This document shows, in pieces, positions 1 to 11,600 of a DNA stretch of 64,000 nt. The DNA lies in NCBI RefSeq assembly GCF_018977255.1, contig NW_024704742.1:125428001-125492000 (forward strand), read 5' to 3'. The translations under genes and the position numbers were made by a program. Each line of letters starts with the position of its first letter. Within the stretch, counting starts at the first letter, position 1. The notes below the pieces were generated by a model. That model ran no database searches, was not told the origin of the DNA, and worked only from the letters and a program-made list of their open reading frames with translations. Source of the stretch: Callorhinchus milii (taxonomy: Eukaryota).

Positions 1-131
1 TGGCTGCCGCGTTCGCCCACAAATATACAGTCAATTCACTTTACAGTGTGTTCTGTGAAGCGCTTTGGGACGTCCTCCCGACATGAAAAGCGCTATATCA
101 AATCAAGGATTATTATTATTATATTATTATT
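1..131 (+). mobile_element. SINE family A, 3' part (cut by window edge)
   Basis: TGGCTGCCGCG...TGTGAAGCGCTTTGGGACGTCC...GCGCTATATCAAAT followed by (ATT)n tail; matches the 3' end of full copies such as 28577-28891. Confidence 0.9.
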
Positions 132-228
132 AACATTTTTATACCCTTTAGAATACAGAATACAATGATTCAATGAGATCATCTGTCATATCTTCTCCAA
201 ATATTTGCAACTCTTGCAATCCCTCCCA

Positions 229-418
229 TAATAATCCCTTCAAAAATAATTATTGGTCACTGCATCCACGGATGTTTGCGGGATACTGCTGTGTGCAAAT
301 GGCTGACGCGTTTCTGCCACAAAATACACAGTCAATATATTCTGTGAAGCTCTTTGAGACATCTAGAAGATGCGAAAAAGCGCTATATCAAATGCAAAGA
401 TTATTATTATTATTTTTA
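229..418 (+). mobile_element. SINE 3' part
   Basis: Same body and tail module, ending GCGCTATATCAAATGCAAAGATTATTATT. Confidence 0.85.
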
Positions 419-769
419 GCTGAAATATCTAATGCATTAATTTAATCGTTATTCAATGTACTTTGAATGCAGCACTGGTCCCTCCTGACTCAGGAGTGAT
501 GTGATCCAACGCATCTGTATTGAATTAACGTTCAAGCACTGAAGCCTCAGCCCAAGGATTCCAGCTGGGACTGGGATTCCCCCGTATAAACATGTAACAC
601 AGAGGGGCTAGTTTTACCACTTAACGAACAATCCACACAACTTTCATTGGAATTTCGGCTTTGAACAGAGAGGAACAGACTTCATATGACCTTTTTTCAG
701 CAAGTACCTTAGTTTTGCTTGCTGCAGGATCCATTCATGAGTCATTACAACTAGTAGACTGTTTAAAGG

Positions 770-957
770 AAAACAAAACACAAAATACTGCAGATGCTGG
801 AAATCTGAAAATAAAAACAGAAGTAGTTGGGAACACTCAGCAGGTCAGGCCCCAGTTCTGACGAAGGGTCGTGGACCCGAAACGTTGACTCACTTTCCTT
901 TCTCCATAGATGCTGCCTGACCTGCTGAGTGTTTCCAGCTACATTTTGTTTTTGTTT
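770..957. mobile_element. Palindromic Penelope-like terminal-repeat element enclosing a hammerhead motif
   Basis: Inverted arms 808-850 and 915-957 with a perfect 19-bp core AACACTCAGCAGGTCAGGC; related copies at 6698-6790, 27557-27863 and 40580-40660. Confidence 0.7.
854..890 (+). ncRNA. Minimal type I hammerhead ribozyme motif
   Basis: AGTT-CTGACGA-A-GGGTC-GTG-GACCC-GAAA-CGTT-GACT: both core boxes, 5-bp stem II, stem I AGTT/GACT, palindromic ACGT at stem III. Confidence 0.65.
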
Positions 958-1959
958 AAAGGAAAACGCCAGGTTGAATGCTGACATTTAGCTAATTAAA
1001 TATGATTTAACCGAAACCTATCACAGAAGCAACAAGAGCTCCCACTCTGAATTGAGTCTGAACAGATCTGTAGCCAAGAAAACTGGACATGAAAATCTCA
1101 TAGTGTAAACACAGTACAGATCCTTTCTCATTCTGAGTTGTGTGCTATGTACAGTATTTTACACGAGGAACGCTTAATAGTAATGCCCCTGCATACATGA
1201 TCTGCACAGTGTGTATCTGGCAAACTCAATTTTAGCAACATAATGAGACACATCACAATTGTGTGGGAATTGACAGACTCATTAATACTTGGTTACATTT
1301 CACCATCCAGTTGTGAATATTCCTTTAACTTGCTCTGAAACTTGACTATGTGATACGAGCAAAAAAAAAAGGGACATGTAAAGTGGACATAAAGAATAAA
1401 ACACAGAATATGGTTCTGGTTGCCTTTGTATTGATTCTGAGAGTGTCAGAAAGGTCCTTGGTCATGCCCTACCAAAGCATACTAATTTGCTAGATCAGGT
1501 CTGTCAGAATATCGACTGGAGCCAAGAAGCTATGGTGGCAGCTTTTGTGCTCTGTGCAGCAGGGAATCCTGTCTGTGAAATAGGATTATCAGGGGGTCAT
1601 GCAGGCAGTCAAAGTGCGTCCATCACTTTCCTTCTGCTAATGCATTGGGGCGGACTCATGTATGTGATTGAGATGTACTAGACAGGAGGCATGCCAGGGA
1701 GGAAATCAAAGACATGCATGGGGAGCCTGATGGGCTACTGTGAGCCATAAATATGCAGTGAGGAGAGTAGGGCCTTCGAACACATGAAATGTGTTTCCCG
1801 GGTCAGTTTCGTACAATATCTTGGATGTGCTAAGTTTATGTTTAATTTAAAGTTGCAAGCTTTGAATGTAGGCGTTCCCTTTTAGTTGTTGAGGAAAGGG
1901 AATTGTGTTTCTGATAAAGGATCTATACTGTTGAATGTAAAATGTTTCCAATTCTTGTT

Positions 1960-2290
1960 GCTAGAAACATAGACATTTACAGCATACTATTTGACCCATT
2001 GTGCCCTTGCTCGCGCTCTGAAAGACTATCCATTCTTTGCCCATTCTCTGCCTTTGCCTCATACTCTTTTACATCTCTCTTTTTCAAAGATTTATCAAAT
2101 TTCCTCAGTCCTTTGTCCATCCTCCCAACATGAAAGGCACTAATATAAATATAAATCATATTGTACTGTATAAAAAATAATATTGATTCTGTCTCAACCA
2201 TTGTTAAATGTACATTTCACATCCTAACAACTACTTTGGAAAAAAATTCTCCTAACCTCTCCCTTTGTTCATTTGGTAAATTACCTTACA
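1960..2290 (-). mobile_element. Degraded CR1 LINE 3' end
   Basis: Reverse-complement CR1 3' motifs (TTCACATCCTAACAAC..., AAAAAATTCTCCTAAC), similar to 21290-21560. Confidence 0.45.
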
Positions 2291-2313
2291 TCTGTACCCT
2301 CAAGTTACTGATT

Positions 2314-2630
2314 CTTTACTCCACCAGCCTCTGTTTACCTAACAGTAAGTAGGAACCCAGTTGATAATCGATTGGTAGATTGCTTTCCGGGGGGTAATAA
2401 GCCTCAATTCTAGAGAGAAAGGCTGCAACCTGTCCAGTTTTTTATGTTGGCACTTGAGCTCACAGTCCTGGCTGGCATTTTAGTGCCATAACACGGGTTC
2501 ACTGCATTATCAGGTGCTATCATTTGAATAAGACTTTAAACCAAGGTCTTGTCTGCTTGCTCAGGTAGATGTTAAAGATCCCACAATGCTATTCGAAAGG
2601 AGAAGCAAATTCCTCACAGTGTCTTAGCCA
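2314..2630 (+). mobile_element. SINE fragments (family A CORE-like segment, then family B body)
   Basis: GCCTCTGTTTACCTAACAGTAAGTAGGAACCCAG, then GATGTTAAAGATCCCACAATGCTATTCG. Confidence 0.7.
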
Positions 2631-3004
2631 TATTTAAATATTTAACAAATATAAATAGCTGAGATATGAACAATTAAAAAAATGTAAAGATTGTAAAGTA
2701 CTGCTGCGCAAAATGACAGGGGCTTTTGCAGTAACAAATCATAGCTTGTTACTCTCAGTCTGGAAGGTCCTGGGCTATGTCAGTCTCAAAGCAGTAATGT
2801 TCACGAGATACTACACAGGTTAGAATCAAAGCAGAGATCTCAACACAACTGTCACATTTTAGCTCTGGCTTGTCATAAGCTATAGAAAAATGACAGTACT
2901 TTTACACAGCTCAGCAGCTGTCTTGTCAAATATCCATGAACTACAGGAGGGGTATCAGCCTGGTTCAATAGGTAGCATCAGATCATAGACCTCATCTTCA
3001 AGCT

Positions 3005-3165
3005 TTATAGTTCTCCAATCATCCTGCACCTAGAGTATTGCTTAGCATTCTGGTTGCCGCACCAAATGTCGAAAGGCAGTGAAGAGAATAGCATATTAAA
3101 GGAATGACTTACTAGCAATGATTAGACAAGCTAGTGGTCTTGAGAGAAGATATCTCAGAGGGGTG
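3005..3165 (+). mobile_element. CR1 LINE ORF2 C-terminal remnant
   Basis: CACCTAGAGTATTGC (HLEYC-like) and GAGAGAAGATATCTCAGAGGG (ERRxLRG-like). Confidence 0.55.
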
Positions 3166-3607
3166 CCAGGGAATGGATGGATTTCCATAGGAAAATGCGG
3201 GGTGGGGTGTGGGGGTTAGTACCATAACCAATGTCTCTCAATACAGAGACTATAGTGAAATCAGTGAAAGAACCAATTCTGAAGACAGAAGCATCGCAGT
3301 GGAGATGCAGATCACAGACTGCAATGGCTCATGTAGCAGGTGTGATAGGGTCCTTCTGGTTCAAAGATTGAAACCTGTGACAGGCTCAACGCTAAAAGCT
3401 GCACTCTCTTAATTTCCAGACCATAATAAGAATTGTATCAGATTGAACACCAAAAGAGGGAGTTTCCTAGTGTAATAAAATCAAGAGCAGACTTGACACA
3501 AAAGACCTCAGTCTCCCAGTCCTGGCTGAAATGAATCCTATAACCAAAGGCACTGGTTACCACCGATCCAATAAATGAATTTATGGCTGCAATAATAATC
3601 TCCTAAA

Positions 3608-3620
3608 CCCCCCCCACCCA

Positions 3621-3651
<31 letters not shown>
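3608..3651. repeat. Poly-C / (CA)n simple repeat
   Basis: Directly visible. Confidence 0.95.
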
Positions 3652-3737
3652 ATGGGTGAATCATACCTGTTTTTATTTAAAGGCAGCAATGGCACAGTTT
3701 TGAGTTACAGGCCCTGAATAGGATTTGTAATATAGGG

Positions 3738-4573
3738 ACCAATTTTGCATCATATCTTAATTAAGAAATAGTGAACATAGCATCAATTTCTTAATTAAGA
3801 AATCTGGACCTCTGACCCTGACTCACGGGAACGCTCCTAACTGATGCACTGATTTACTTTTAGAGCAGAGATTCTGTTGAGTTGGAGTAACTTGCATAAT
3901 GATTTCCAGTAACTAAAAGTCCACGCTCCTTCCAGTAATTGGCCTGGAATTAGACTGTCCTATTTCTAAATGGATTTCTTAATTGAGAATACAATGACAA
4001 TTAACTCCATTGTGGAAACTATATTCAGTCATAAACCACATTGACCTTTATAGATTAAGGCTAATTTCAGAAGTCATTATTTAACTGGAAGAGCTGTAGG
4101 GGAATATTTATTTTCTATTAAATTTAATATTTGATCCATTTCAGTTTATGTAACAGATTAATGTCAATCAGTGCCAAAATGAACGTAGGCTGTAAGTTTC
4201 ACAACGGTAACAGTTTTTTTTATAAAATCAAATGGCACACTTTGTTAAACTCTCACTAAACCTTATAGTAAATCCTGTGAAGTGTTTTGAGATGACCTTC
4301 TGATGTAAAAAGTGGAGTGCCAAATGCATGGATTATTGTTATTTTTAATAAAGCATAATAATTATTGGGGTAAATGTTGCAGTATTTTTTAATTAAGAAA
4401 TCCGAGTGAGTACGTCTTCAGGTAACTGGAAGCTGATGCTCATCCTCGCACTCCAACTCGAGGGAATCCTGTCCCAATAATACATTGAGCTGGAGGGGGC
4501 ATTCTGTGAGTTAGTGGCATTACATCCGGATGTCTTAAATAAGAAATTCATTAAGAAATGATGCAATATTGGT
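3738..4573. mobile_element. Old foldback / MITE-like element with long inverted arms
   Basis: Terminal ACCAATTTTGCATCATATCTTA versus TAAGAAATGATGCAATATTGGT; internal arms align in reverse complement; recurrent TTAATTAAGAAAT motif. Confidence 0.6.
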
Positions 4574-5664
4574 ATTTTTCAACCACTTCATTAGCCCCAT
4601 GTGTTAAATGATTTTTTTTCGTAAACCCATTAGATATCATTTCATGTCTCTTACCTATGATAGTGTCTAGTTCAAGCTTTCGACTGAGAGCTTGGTAAGT
4701 ACTTCACGCATGTTGTGGCAGTAATTCCAAGCTGTGACAGAACCTTCATTTGTCTGGTGCCTGGTCTTAAAGCAGACAGACCTATTGATCTCATAAAACA
4801 GTTTTCAAACTAGCATTAGCATACACTTGCATGGTTTTGTAATGTTTTTCAAAGTCATCAAAACAAATCCCCTTCATACACAAAGACACCAGATTGAGTA
4901 CAATGAGGAGAATCCCTTCTGCTTGATGCACATAATGGAAAAAGGATATGAAACTTATTGACCTGCCGTATCAAATTATGAGGTTGATTGTCAGCTCTAT
5001 GTTGGAGGGGCGAGGGAGGTTGTCATCCGTAATTGTTAACATTATTACTAGGATACACTGAATGTTCATTTTACTTACAATGTACTGTGAAAATTATATT
5101 CTCTCTTAATATATTTTATCTCTACTCCGCTTTTACAGTATTTATCATGTCCTCTAAAATTGTCCTTGTTTTAATCTGTCTGCTAAACTCTTACACTATT
5201 GATCTCTCTCATCTCCATCTTGATCTTTGTTCTTTGGTATATTTTCTAACTTCTTGATCCTTGGCCCTTATCGCCTCCCTGTCTCTCTTGTTTATTAAAT
5301 TCTGCCAGTAAATACCCATTTTTATATATGTCCTTTAGTTCTTTCCAGTCTTTGTCTACCACTGCTGCTCCTTGCCCTTCAATGCCTGTCTTTGTCTTTC
5401 CTTGTCTCCCACATCTTAGACAATTTTCATTTGTCAGCCATCTGAGCAGTGCTAACCTGACATAATTTAGGTATCAGCCTGGCAACAGAGTTATATACAG
5501 AGTTGGTAAAGAAGCACAATTTGAGAATACAGGAAAAGGCCATTCAGCCAATTGAGCCTGCAACGGTTTATTAAATTGCAAGACATATTTCAAATCTATT
5601 TTGTTGCCTTTTCCTGTCTTGTCTCCACAATCCTTAGGACCATTAATACACTTAATATTGGAAG

Positions 5665-5860
5665 AAACTGGTTCTCTTTTCGAATAGTGGTATGGGATCT
5701 TTAATATCAACCTGATCAGGCAGACAGAACCTTGATTTAGCATTTCATTTGAAGAATAGACCTTGGAATGTCAACTTAGACTATGATCTCAAAGCGTTGA
5801 GTGGAACTTGAACCCATAACCTTCTTCCTCAGAGATGAAAGTGCTACTGAGCCAGGCTGA
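5665..5860 (-). mobile_element. SINE family B (Deu-domain-like), head and body
   Basis: GGGATCTTTAATATC...CTTGAACCCATAACCTTC...GTGCTACTGAGCCA. Confidence 0.75.
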
Positions 5861-6697
5861 GAAATTGTAACTTTTTCAGTCAAAGGCGAGTGCTAACAAA
5901 ATACACTAACACTGTGAGAGAAATGTTTATAATTCCCAAAGTTTCAATTGAATATCACAAGAATTTATTCAAGGAATACCAATGAAAATCAATGTAAGGC
6001 TGTGCATTGCAAAATTTGAAACAGCCGCCATGTATGTTCTAGCCATTCAATTCACTACACTTTACTACCATTTACAGGGAAGCTCCTTGAGATATTTTTC
6101 TGATGTAAAACACACTGTATCAAATCAAAATTTGTTAATATTTGATAAGTAAAAATCTTTATAATTATTATAATACTGAGCAGTGAGTAAAATTTATGGA
6201 AGCTATTTAATTGCTATCTATTAAGCAGCCTTTTTCATTCAAGTCATTTTAGTTTTGAGGCAATTAAACAAATCTCGAGGTATTCAAACATTTACAGGCG
6301 TGCAAAGTTCACATATCACTGTAGCTAACTCTGCATTCTAAATCCAAGGAGAATTCTGATGGAATTCTAAAGCCTTTGATCCATTCATAACATTAAATTT
6401 AAAAAATCCCGTTCTGCATATAAAATATTCTCCATAGATCTACTTTGCAAATTGCACAATGCAATGAATGTAGCTGGCCTGTTGCGAAATTGTCTAGAGA
6501 CTGCAGCAGGTTAGTTTTAATCTGCTTTGTGTAAATGCGTGTGTGTTGTACTTAAGTATATTCAGTTCTTGTGTTGGGATTGAATTGCTGATTCAATTGA
6601 ATAATGACCCGTGGTCCTGATTACATTCATCTGCAGTCTACGGAGATCATAATCCTGATCCAAGGATGGTAGTTCTTGACAAACATGTTATGGGTTT

Positions 6698-6790
6698 AAA
6701 CGAAAAGGAAAACTGCAATGGGCTGGAAATCAAAACAGTACTGCTGGAAATTCTGGGCAGGTCAGTCAGCATCCGATAGAGAGAGTAAGT
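6698..6790. mobile_element. Degraded arm of the hammerhead-bearing palindromic element
   Basis: ACTGCA...GCTGGAAATC...TGCTGGAAATTCTGGGCAGGTCAGTCAGCATC, similar to 770-850. Confidence 0.55.
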
Positions 6791-6804
6791 GTATATGCAC
6801 CAAT

Positions 6805-7125
6805 TAGACAAGCTAGGGTGGACAAGCAGAGGGAAAGATTTCCAGACAGCAATATCAATGGCAAACCATGTGGCTTTAGCTGGTTAGACTCCAACAGTAC
6901 CCCAACACACATTCTGGGGTTCCCAAGCCTTGGCACTTGCCAACCTGTGCCTAATACCTTCCGGAATTAGGTAAGCAAGATGCATCCCTCCAGGGAGAGA
7001 ATGTGCATTCCATTCTAACAATGTAGCTCTAGGATTTCCATGTGTAGGTGGGATGCATAGAAATCTCAGCTTGGTTTAGATACTCTTAAGCATGGTAATG
7101 GGATTCTGCATGTGACCAAAAAAAA
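6805..7125 (+). repeat. Unclassified dispersed repeat (family X; orientation arbitrary)
   Basis: Aligns in reverse complement to 15462-15800 and 50310-50492, and directly to 23326-23482. Confidence 0.75.
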
Positions 7126-7500
7126 GTCTTGAGAGAAGACATTTTCAGAGGAGACCTTTTGGAGGTGTATACAATTTTAAATGGGATTGAAAATTCTGTC
7201 CTTATCCAATGTCCACATCGTCCGCACTCCCCAGCCAGAATCTCCAGGTTGTGATTTCAGTGAGCGAATCACTATTTCGGTGAGCGAATAGTGAACCTGT
7301 GGAACAGGCTCCCTGGGGAGACGGTTGAATCAGGACGTGTTGATTCTTTCAAATACAGATTAGACAGTTTTCTTTTAGGAAATATTATGGGATATAGTAC
7401 ATAGGTAGTTTGGAACATATGTGCATGCGACCCCCAGGAAAGTGGAAGGCGAACTGGATGGACCTTGTGTTTTTTTCGTTTAGCATTTCTCATGTTCTTA
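7126..7500 (+). mobile_element. CR1 LINE 3' end
   Basis: AGAGGAGACCTTTTGGAGGTGTATACAATT (RGDLxEVY) and GTGAACCTGTGGAACAGGCTCCC (VNLWNRLP), then CR1-like 3' UTR. Confidence 0.75.
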
Positions 7501-8749
7501 TGTGATCACAAGCTTCAAATTCCACATGGTCTTAGCCTGTCAGACCATTTTGTCCTGACACTTAAAATTGCAGAAATATTTTGATATCACACCATATTAC
7601 ATTGTTGAAGCATCGCAAAGTGCTTCACCAGATGTAAAGTGTAGTGACTGTATATGTGCAGGCAAAACGGCATCTAGTTTACATACAGCAATGTTCTACA
7701 AACCACCATGATGTGAATGACCAATTTTAACCATGAAATTGTTGGCTAAGACATCAGGAGAAATTCGCTTCTCTTTTCAATTAGTGCGTAGGATCTTTTG
7801 CCCATAAAATACACAGTCAAACCATTTTACAGTATATCCTGTGAAGCGCTTTGAGATGTCTCATCAAAGTGATAAGGCGCTGAATCAAATGCTTATGTTC
7901 TTAAGCAAGGATTATTATATTATTACCTTAATGTCTCCATCTTTTGCTTCCTTGACACATCTGCTGAGACAGTCCATGCTTTCAGGTTGCAGGAAGTGCT
8001 TTAACCCGAACACAAAAGTATTTGCCTTTCCCTCCTTTTAGCATGTTTTTGTTTGTTTAATTTGCGGAGCAGGTGTCTTATAGGTTTTACCCTGTTATAG
8101 CTTCATCCAGGAAACGCAGGCAGATAAAGCAACCCAGACACTCGATTCACGGCACCATTTTTATTCTCTCAATGGGACCATCTGGTAACTGAAAAGAATG
8201 CTTTGCAGGTTTGCTCACACAATTCTCCATCTGAAATGCTGGCAATCTCAGCTCTGCTTGTGTACCATAAGTGCTGTTATTATACTAATGCCATTTTATT
8301 TTTATCCTTGTCATTGCTTCAGGTCCACTGCTGTGCTGTGATAAGTTACCAGATTAATGCTAACATTTTACATCAAGCTGATGAACATTACTGCTTTAAG
8401 GAGCGAGCCATGTTACACTGCTATTTGCTCCTTGTACAGTGTCTGCATTACCAAAACGTAAATAAGCGTGTTTTGTATTTCGTAGCTGAAACCGATCGTT
8501 TCAAATATTTCAAAAATGTATTTAATGTTTTTAGTAAAATTGGCAAGTTCAGATAGATTAAAATTGCTATATGGTTCTTCTACATTTGCAGATCAGAATA
8601 ATAATAATCCTTGCATTTGATGTAGTGTCTTATCATGTCTTCGAGATGTTTCAAAGCACTTCACAGTAATTAAAGTGAGTTTTCTCTGTTTTTTTAAAAC
8701 CAATTAATAATAATAATTGTAATATAATGCAGTAAATGCAAGACTTATA

Positions 8750-9140
8750 ATAATAATTATTATTATTTAGTGCTGATAATCATTATTGTGATTTAGTGCC
8801 TTATCACAGCATTGCAACGTCTCAAAGTACTTCACAGGATTTTACCATTGGGTATTTGCACAAACACAGCAGTCAATTTGCATACATCAATGTTCCTCAA
8901 ACAGCCATGAAACAAATCACCAGAGTACCAGGAGAAATTCCCTTCTCATTACGAATTATGCCATGGGATCTTTAACATCCAGCCAAATGTGGCCTCAGTT
9001 TAACGTTTCGTCTGAAGGATGGAACCTCAAACAATGCAGCAAAACTCCAGCACTGCATTGGAATGTCATCTTAGAATATATGACTTCCAAGTCTATAAAT
9101 AGGGCTAAACCCATGGCATTATGACTCAGGCGAGAGTGCT
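8750..9140 (-). mobile_element. SINE family B
   Basis: Tail, body GCCATGGGATCTTTAACATCC and head TGACTCAGGCGAGAGTGCT. Confidence 0.75.
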
Positions 9141-9575
9141 GTTAAAGATGGTAGCAGAGACTTCATCCTTTTTTACATTCATCTAGGGATATGGGCAATG
9201 TTTATTGCCCATCCCAGGTGTCCTGATTGGGCGGTGAACGGGCTTTCTCCTTTAACCTCCGCAGTCCTTGTAGAAATAGAGCAAAGGATCGGTAGAGCCC
9301 TTTGAAGCAAGCTGCCTATGTGTCCTTACGATCAGGTAATGGTGTTAGTGAAGAAAAATGCAAAGAGTTTATTCCACTACAGGAACTGTACAAATCTTAG
9401 AGCTTTTATGATAAGCATAGCCCTTGGTGCATCAGTCCTTGTCTTTATCCAGTTCAGTTTGGCCAGGGAAGTGCAGTTTGTGCCATGCACATTGTAAGTT
9501 GCATTGATATCTGGAACTCTGGTGACTTTCAGGTGAATTCTAACTTACCATTATTTGGAATTACCATTATAACTA

Positions 9576-9969
9576 AATAATAATAATAATCCTTGCATTT
9601 GATTTAGCGCTTGTCATGTCTTCTAGACGTCCCAAAGTGCTTCACAGAATAATAATAATAATAATCCTTGCATTTGATAGAGCGCTTTTCACGTCGGGAG
9701 GACGTCCCAAAGCGCTTCACAGAACACACTGTAAAGTGAATTGACTGTATATTTGTGGGCGAACACGGCAGCCAATTGCGCACAGCAATGTCCCACAAAC
9801 AGTCGTAGATTGAAAATGACCAATTTATTATTGTTTTTGGTTTTGGAGGGATTATTATTAGGCTCTGTGTGGAGTAAGGAAACTTGCCCAAGGTTTCACT
9901 CTGCCTGGAATTGAACTCAGGTCTCTCGCTTGCAAAGCGAGTGCTCTAACCACTGAGCTACAGGACTCC
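9576..9969 (-). mobile_element. Full SINE family A (tRNA-Ala-like head) with duplicated 3' tail
   Basis: Minus-strand head GGAGTCCTGTAGCTCAGTGGTTAGAGCACTCGCTTTGCAAGCGAGAGACCTGAGTTCAATTCC (A box, B box, TGC loop); two tails, at 9576-9648 and from 9649. Confidence 0.92.
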
Positions 9970-10499
9970 ACAGAATATGCTGTAATATATAACATCTATA
10001 ATATTGTATATAACATCTATAATAAATATAACATCTATAATAAAACCACATTGTTAGCTCACTTGCCAGTACACTTGACTCAGTAGAATCATGTTATGTT
10101 AACCTCCTTATCATTCCTAACTTTTAGCAGCTGGCATTGACCAGAAACTGCTTTCTTCAGCCAATAATAACATTGTAACAGGATAGAGGTTAGTGTGCTC
10201 CAGTGAAACAGTGACTATTCCCAGAATAACTAGCGATCACACTTATATGAATTAACCTTTTAACAGTCATTGGATTGTTGTTTTTGTGGCAGCTTGATTT
10301 GGATATTATCTTCTTCTGATTCTCACTGAGAAAAGAAAACATTTGACATACTAATGAGATTATTTCTGGGAGCATCTCCTGTCAAGTGAACATGGATGAG
10401 ACTTGGCTCTGTGGGAACATTCAGACTAAAAGAAAACCTCAGAGAGTGGGTCTTCGATTCGGGTTAGAAATAAGATGAAGTGAGATATTAAGTGTTCAC

Positions 10500-10581
10500 T
10501 AACTCAGCACACTGATGTGCATCTATTAAAACACTAAGAGTAACTCAGCACACTGATGTGCATCTATTAAAACACTAAGAG
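10500..10581. repeat. Perfect 41-bp tandem duplication
   Basis: TAACTCAGCACACTGATGTGCATCTATTAAAACACTAAGAG twice. Confidence 0.95.
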
Positions 10582-10660
10582 TGGCTTTATTGTTTTACTT
10601 GCTCCTTTACTTCAAGTATTGTATTTTATAACAAAATAGCTTCAATCCAAGAATTGAACA

Positions 10661-11188
10661 TCTATCTGCTTCTATACTAATAAAACAACATTTTTTGTCT
10701 GTCTGGTCTGTCTGTCTGTCTGCGTGCGCGTCAAGATGGATCTCAATAATTGATTGACGTAGAGACATGATTGATACCCCAATCGGAAAGGTCTTGTAAT
10801 TGGGAGTGACATGGACATATCTGTTTTCAGGTATCTCCTATTGTTCATGAGTTATCACCTAACATGTATTTCAGTTTTGTGTTTTTTTGCTGCAGTTATA
10901 CCTGGTGGCTGTTCAGTCAAGATAGCGCTGTAATATCGTGCGTCACAGAGCATGTACGTATGTACGCACGCACTGCAGTTACACCTGGTTGAAATTGAAG
11001 ATTTCCAGGTAATTATCACCGACATCACTTCCTGTTTGCAGGATGTGTACAAAGCAGGAAATAGGGTTAATGGCAAACCCATGACCTCAGAATCAGACAT
11101 TTTTCTGTTAGGGAACTGATCGGCACACAGGGAGTGAGCCAGCCACCTGTGCACATGTGTAGTAAAACCAACTTTCATGGCTCGCTAG
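10661..11188 (+). mobile_element. Putative non-autonomous Helitron-like element
   Basis: A|TC start, TCTATACTAATAAAA, a (GTCT)n tract, relatively CpG-rich interior, candidate CTAG end at 11185-11188. Confidence 0.4.
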
Positions 11189-11414
11189 AGTGTTGGTTGG
11201 GATTTTATGAATCCCAAACACAAGCCTTACCGTAAATGCAACTACAAGTTGTTGTTCAAATGCATAATTACACACATGATGAATTTTCCATTATAAACTC
11301 AAGATGCCAAAATTAATACATTTCTTGAGAGGCAGAGAAGAACCCAACTAATATTTTTAGTGCTCCGAGATGCTACCCTGCGTGAAGGGCCCTAAATAAA
11401 TACAAGTTAATTTT

Positions 11415-11600
11415 AATGATAATAATAATCGTTGCCTTTGATATTGCACATTGTCTTGTTGAGTTGTTTCAAAGCGCTTCACAGGATATATTGTAAAGTG
11501 GACTGACACAGGATATATCGTAAAGTGTATATTTTGTGGGTAAAATGCAGCAGCCAGATGCGCACAGCAACATTCCACCAACAGCCATGGAGTGAGTGTT
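11415..11600 (-). mobile_element. SINE 3' part with an internal short duplication
   Basis: Tail motif; CAGGATATAT(T/C)GTAAAGTG present twice. Confidence 0.8.

Noticed and set aside
8203..8556. 117-aa ORF
   Set aside because: TTG start, non-coding-like composition and no recognisable domain.
9895..9969. tRNA-Ala(TGC)-like sequence, also at about 13005, 28577, 34290, 47085 and 53914
   Set aside because: Each runs into a SINE body and tail and lacks a proper acceptor stem; these are SINE heads, not tRNA genes.
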